Both the position numbers and the translations under genes were made by a program. A stretch of 64,000 nt of DNA from Octopus sinensis (taxonomy: Eukaryota), in NCBI RefSeq assembly GCF_006345805.1, contig NC_043021.1:26970001-27034000 (forward strand), given 5' to 3'. The notes beneath the pieces were generated by a model. The model was not told the DNA's origin. It made no database searches and saw only the letters and a program-made list of their open reading frames with translations. Below are positions 62,988 through 64,000 of the stretch, one piece after another (position 1 is the first letter of the stretch; the number at the start of each line of letters is the position of its first letter).

Positions 62988-64000
62988 GTCATTTACTTTT
63001 AATCTGCATGTTTGATGCAATCACCTGCCGGGGCACACCCAGCGCCCTAGGGCAAGTGAAGGTTAAGAGTTGTTGAAATATAGCTGAAAGCTTGGGGAGG
63101 GGAAGTAGAGAAATATCTCCATGTAATACAAACACAAACATTTACATTGATAGGGTTTTTCTAAGGATGTGGGCAGTACTTGTTAGCACAATCTTTTGGA
63201 TTTCCTTGAGACATGGTTTTCCAGGGATATTGTCTAGGTGTTTCTGACATCCCTTTTTTATCATACCTAGGGCACCTACAATAACAGGAACAGTTTTTGT
63301 TTTAAGATTCCACATCCTCTGTATTTCGATTTCCAGGTCCTTATATTTACTAAGTTTGTCAAATTCCTTGACAGATACATTTTTATCAGTGGGGACGCTT
63401 ACTTCTATTAGTCTGCAGGTATTTTCTTCCCTGTCTTTAACAATTATGTCTGGTCGATTAGCCTTGATCGTTCTGTCAGTGTTGACTGGAAAATCCCAGA
63501 GGACGGTGACATCTTTACCTTCAACAACTGGCTGAGGGTGGTGTTCATACCAGTTAGCAGGAGTGTCGGATTTGTAGTGTTTACATATCTTCCAATGTAT
63601 ATACTGTCCTACCCTATCGTGGCGATTTTTGTATTCGTTTGGTGTCAGCACAGGACATCCCGAAACGAGATGGTCTATCGTTTCGTCAAATGTGTCGCAG
63701 AATCTGCATTTAGGGTCAGTACCGTTTCGGAGAACGTTAGCCTGGTAATTTCTGGTAAACAAGCTTTGATCTTGTGCTGCCATTATGAAACCTTCAGTCT
63801 CTGCTTTCAATCCAGAGCTCTTCAACCCCTGATGGGTTGTTGCTTGGTCTACATCAGCATTTTGGCTTCGGAGAATATATTGTCCATGCAGGGGCTTCTG
63901 GCTCCACCGCCTCTCAATTTGATTCTGCCCGTTCTTTTTTGCAGTCTGCTTGATTCGCTTTGCTTGCTTGGTAGCAGTGGTTTCCGGCTCTTCATCTGAT
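62988..64000 (-). mobile_element. R4/Dong-type RLE LINE, 3' part (runs off the window)
   Basis: WSQKPLHGQY, GLKAETEG, CRFC..ETIDHLVSGC, RHDRV, NRPDII..IEVSVP, PVIVGALG; 3'UTR abuts (AAT)n. Confidence 0.92.
63142..63825 (-). CDS. Zinc knuckle plus restriction-like endonuclease domain of the R4/Dong ORF (partial)
   Basis: Open 227-codon frame with CCHC, RHD and PD-(D/E)xK-like motifs. Confidence 0.9.
   Translation of the reverse strand: MKSSGLKAETEGFIMAAQDQSLFTRNYQANVLRNGTDPKCRFCDTFDETIDHLVSGCPVLTPNEYKNRHDRVGQYIHWKICKHYKSDTPANWYEHHPQPVVEGKDVTVLWDFPVNTDRTIKANRPDIIVKDREENTCRLIEVSVPTDKNVSVKEFDKLSKYKDLEIEIQRMWNLKTKTVPVIVGALGMIKKGCQKHLDNIPGKPCLKEIQKIVLTSTAHILRKTLSM

Overview
Eukaryotic, AT-rich, microsatellite-dense non-coding DNA, almost entirely transposon-derived. 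The SINE and LINE families match those I recognise from Octopus (coleoid cephalopod) genomes; this is recognition from memory, not a database result. No intact host gene is evident. The only candidate is a weak first exon at about 50.4-50.5 kb (minus strand) in a CpG-retaining zone. Most ORFs in the supplied track are translations of simple repeats. Contents: DNA transposons (a complete decayed Tc1 DD34E, a mariner DD34D, several MITEs), two non-autonomous Helitron families, and LINEs of four clades (RTE, Tx1/L1, CR1-group, R4/Dong-type RLE). Also present are Penelope-like GIY-YIG relics and about five tRNA-headed SINE families. The strongest leads: (1) two Tx1 LINEs stacked head-to-tail, each bounded on both sides by (GATA)n, suggesting GATA-microsatellite targeting, plus a SINE carrying the same Tx1 3' tail; (2) hammerhead ribozyme motifs, including a Penelope relic followed by a tRNA-like Pol III promoter and a hammerhead; (3) a Helitron that captured the 5' part of a Tx1 ORF1; (4) a (TAA)n array hosting a Dong-type LINE and two non-coding passengers; (5) several young templated fold-backs inside old LINEs. 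Coordinates were counted by hand and boundaries may be off by a few bases.
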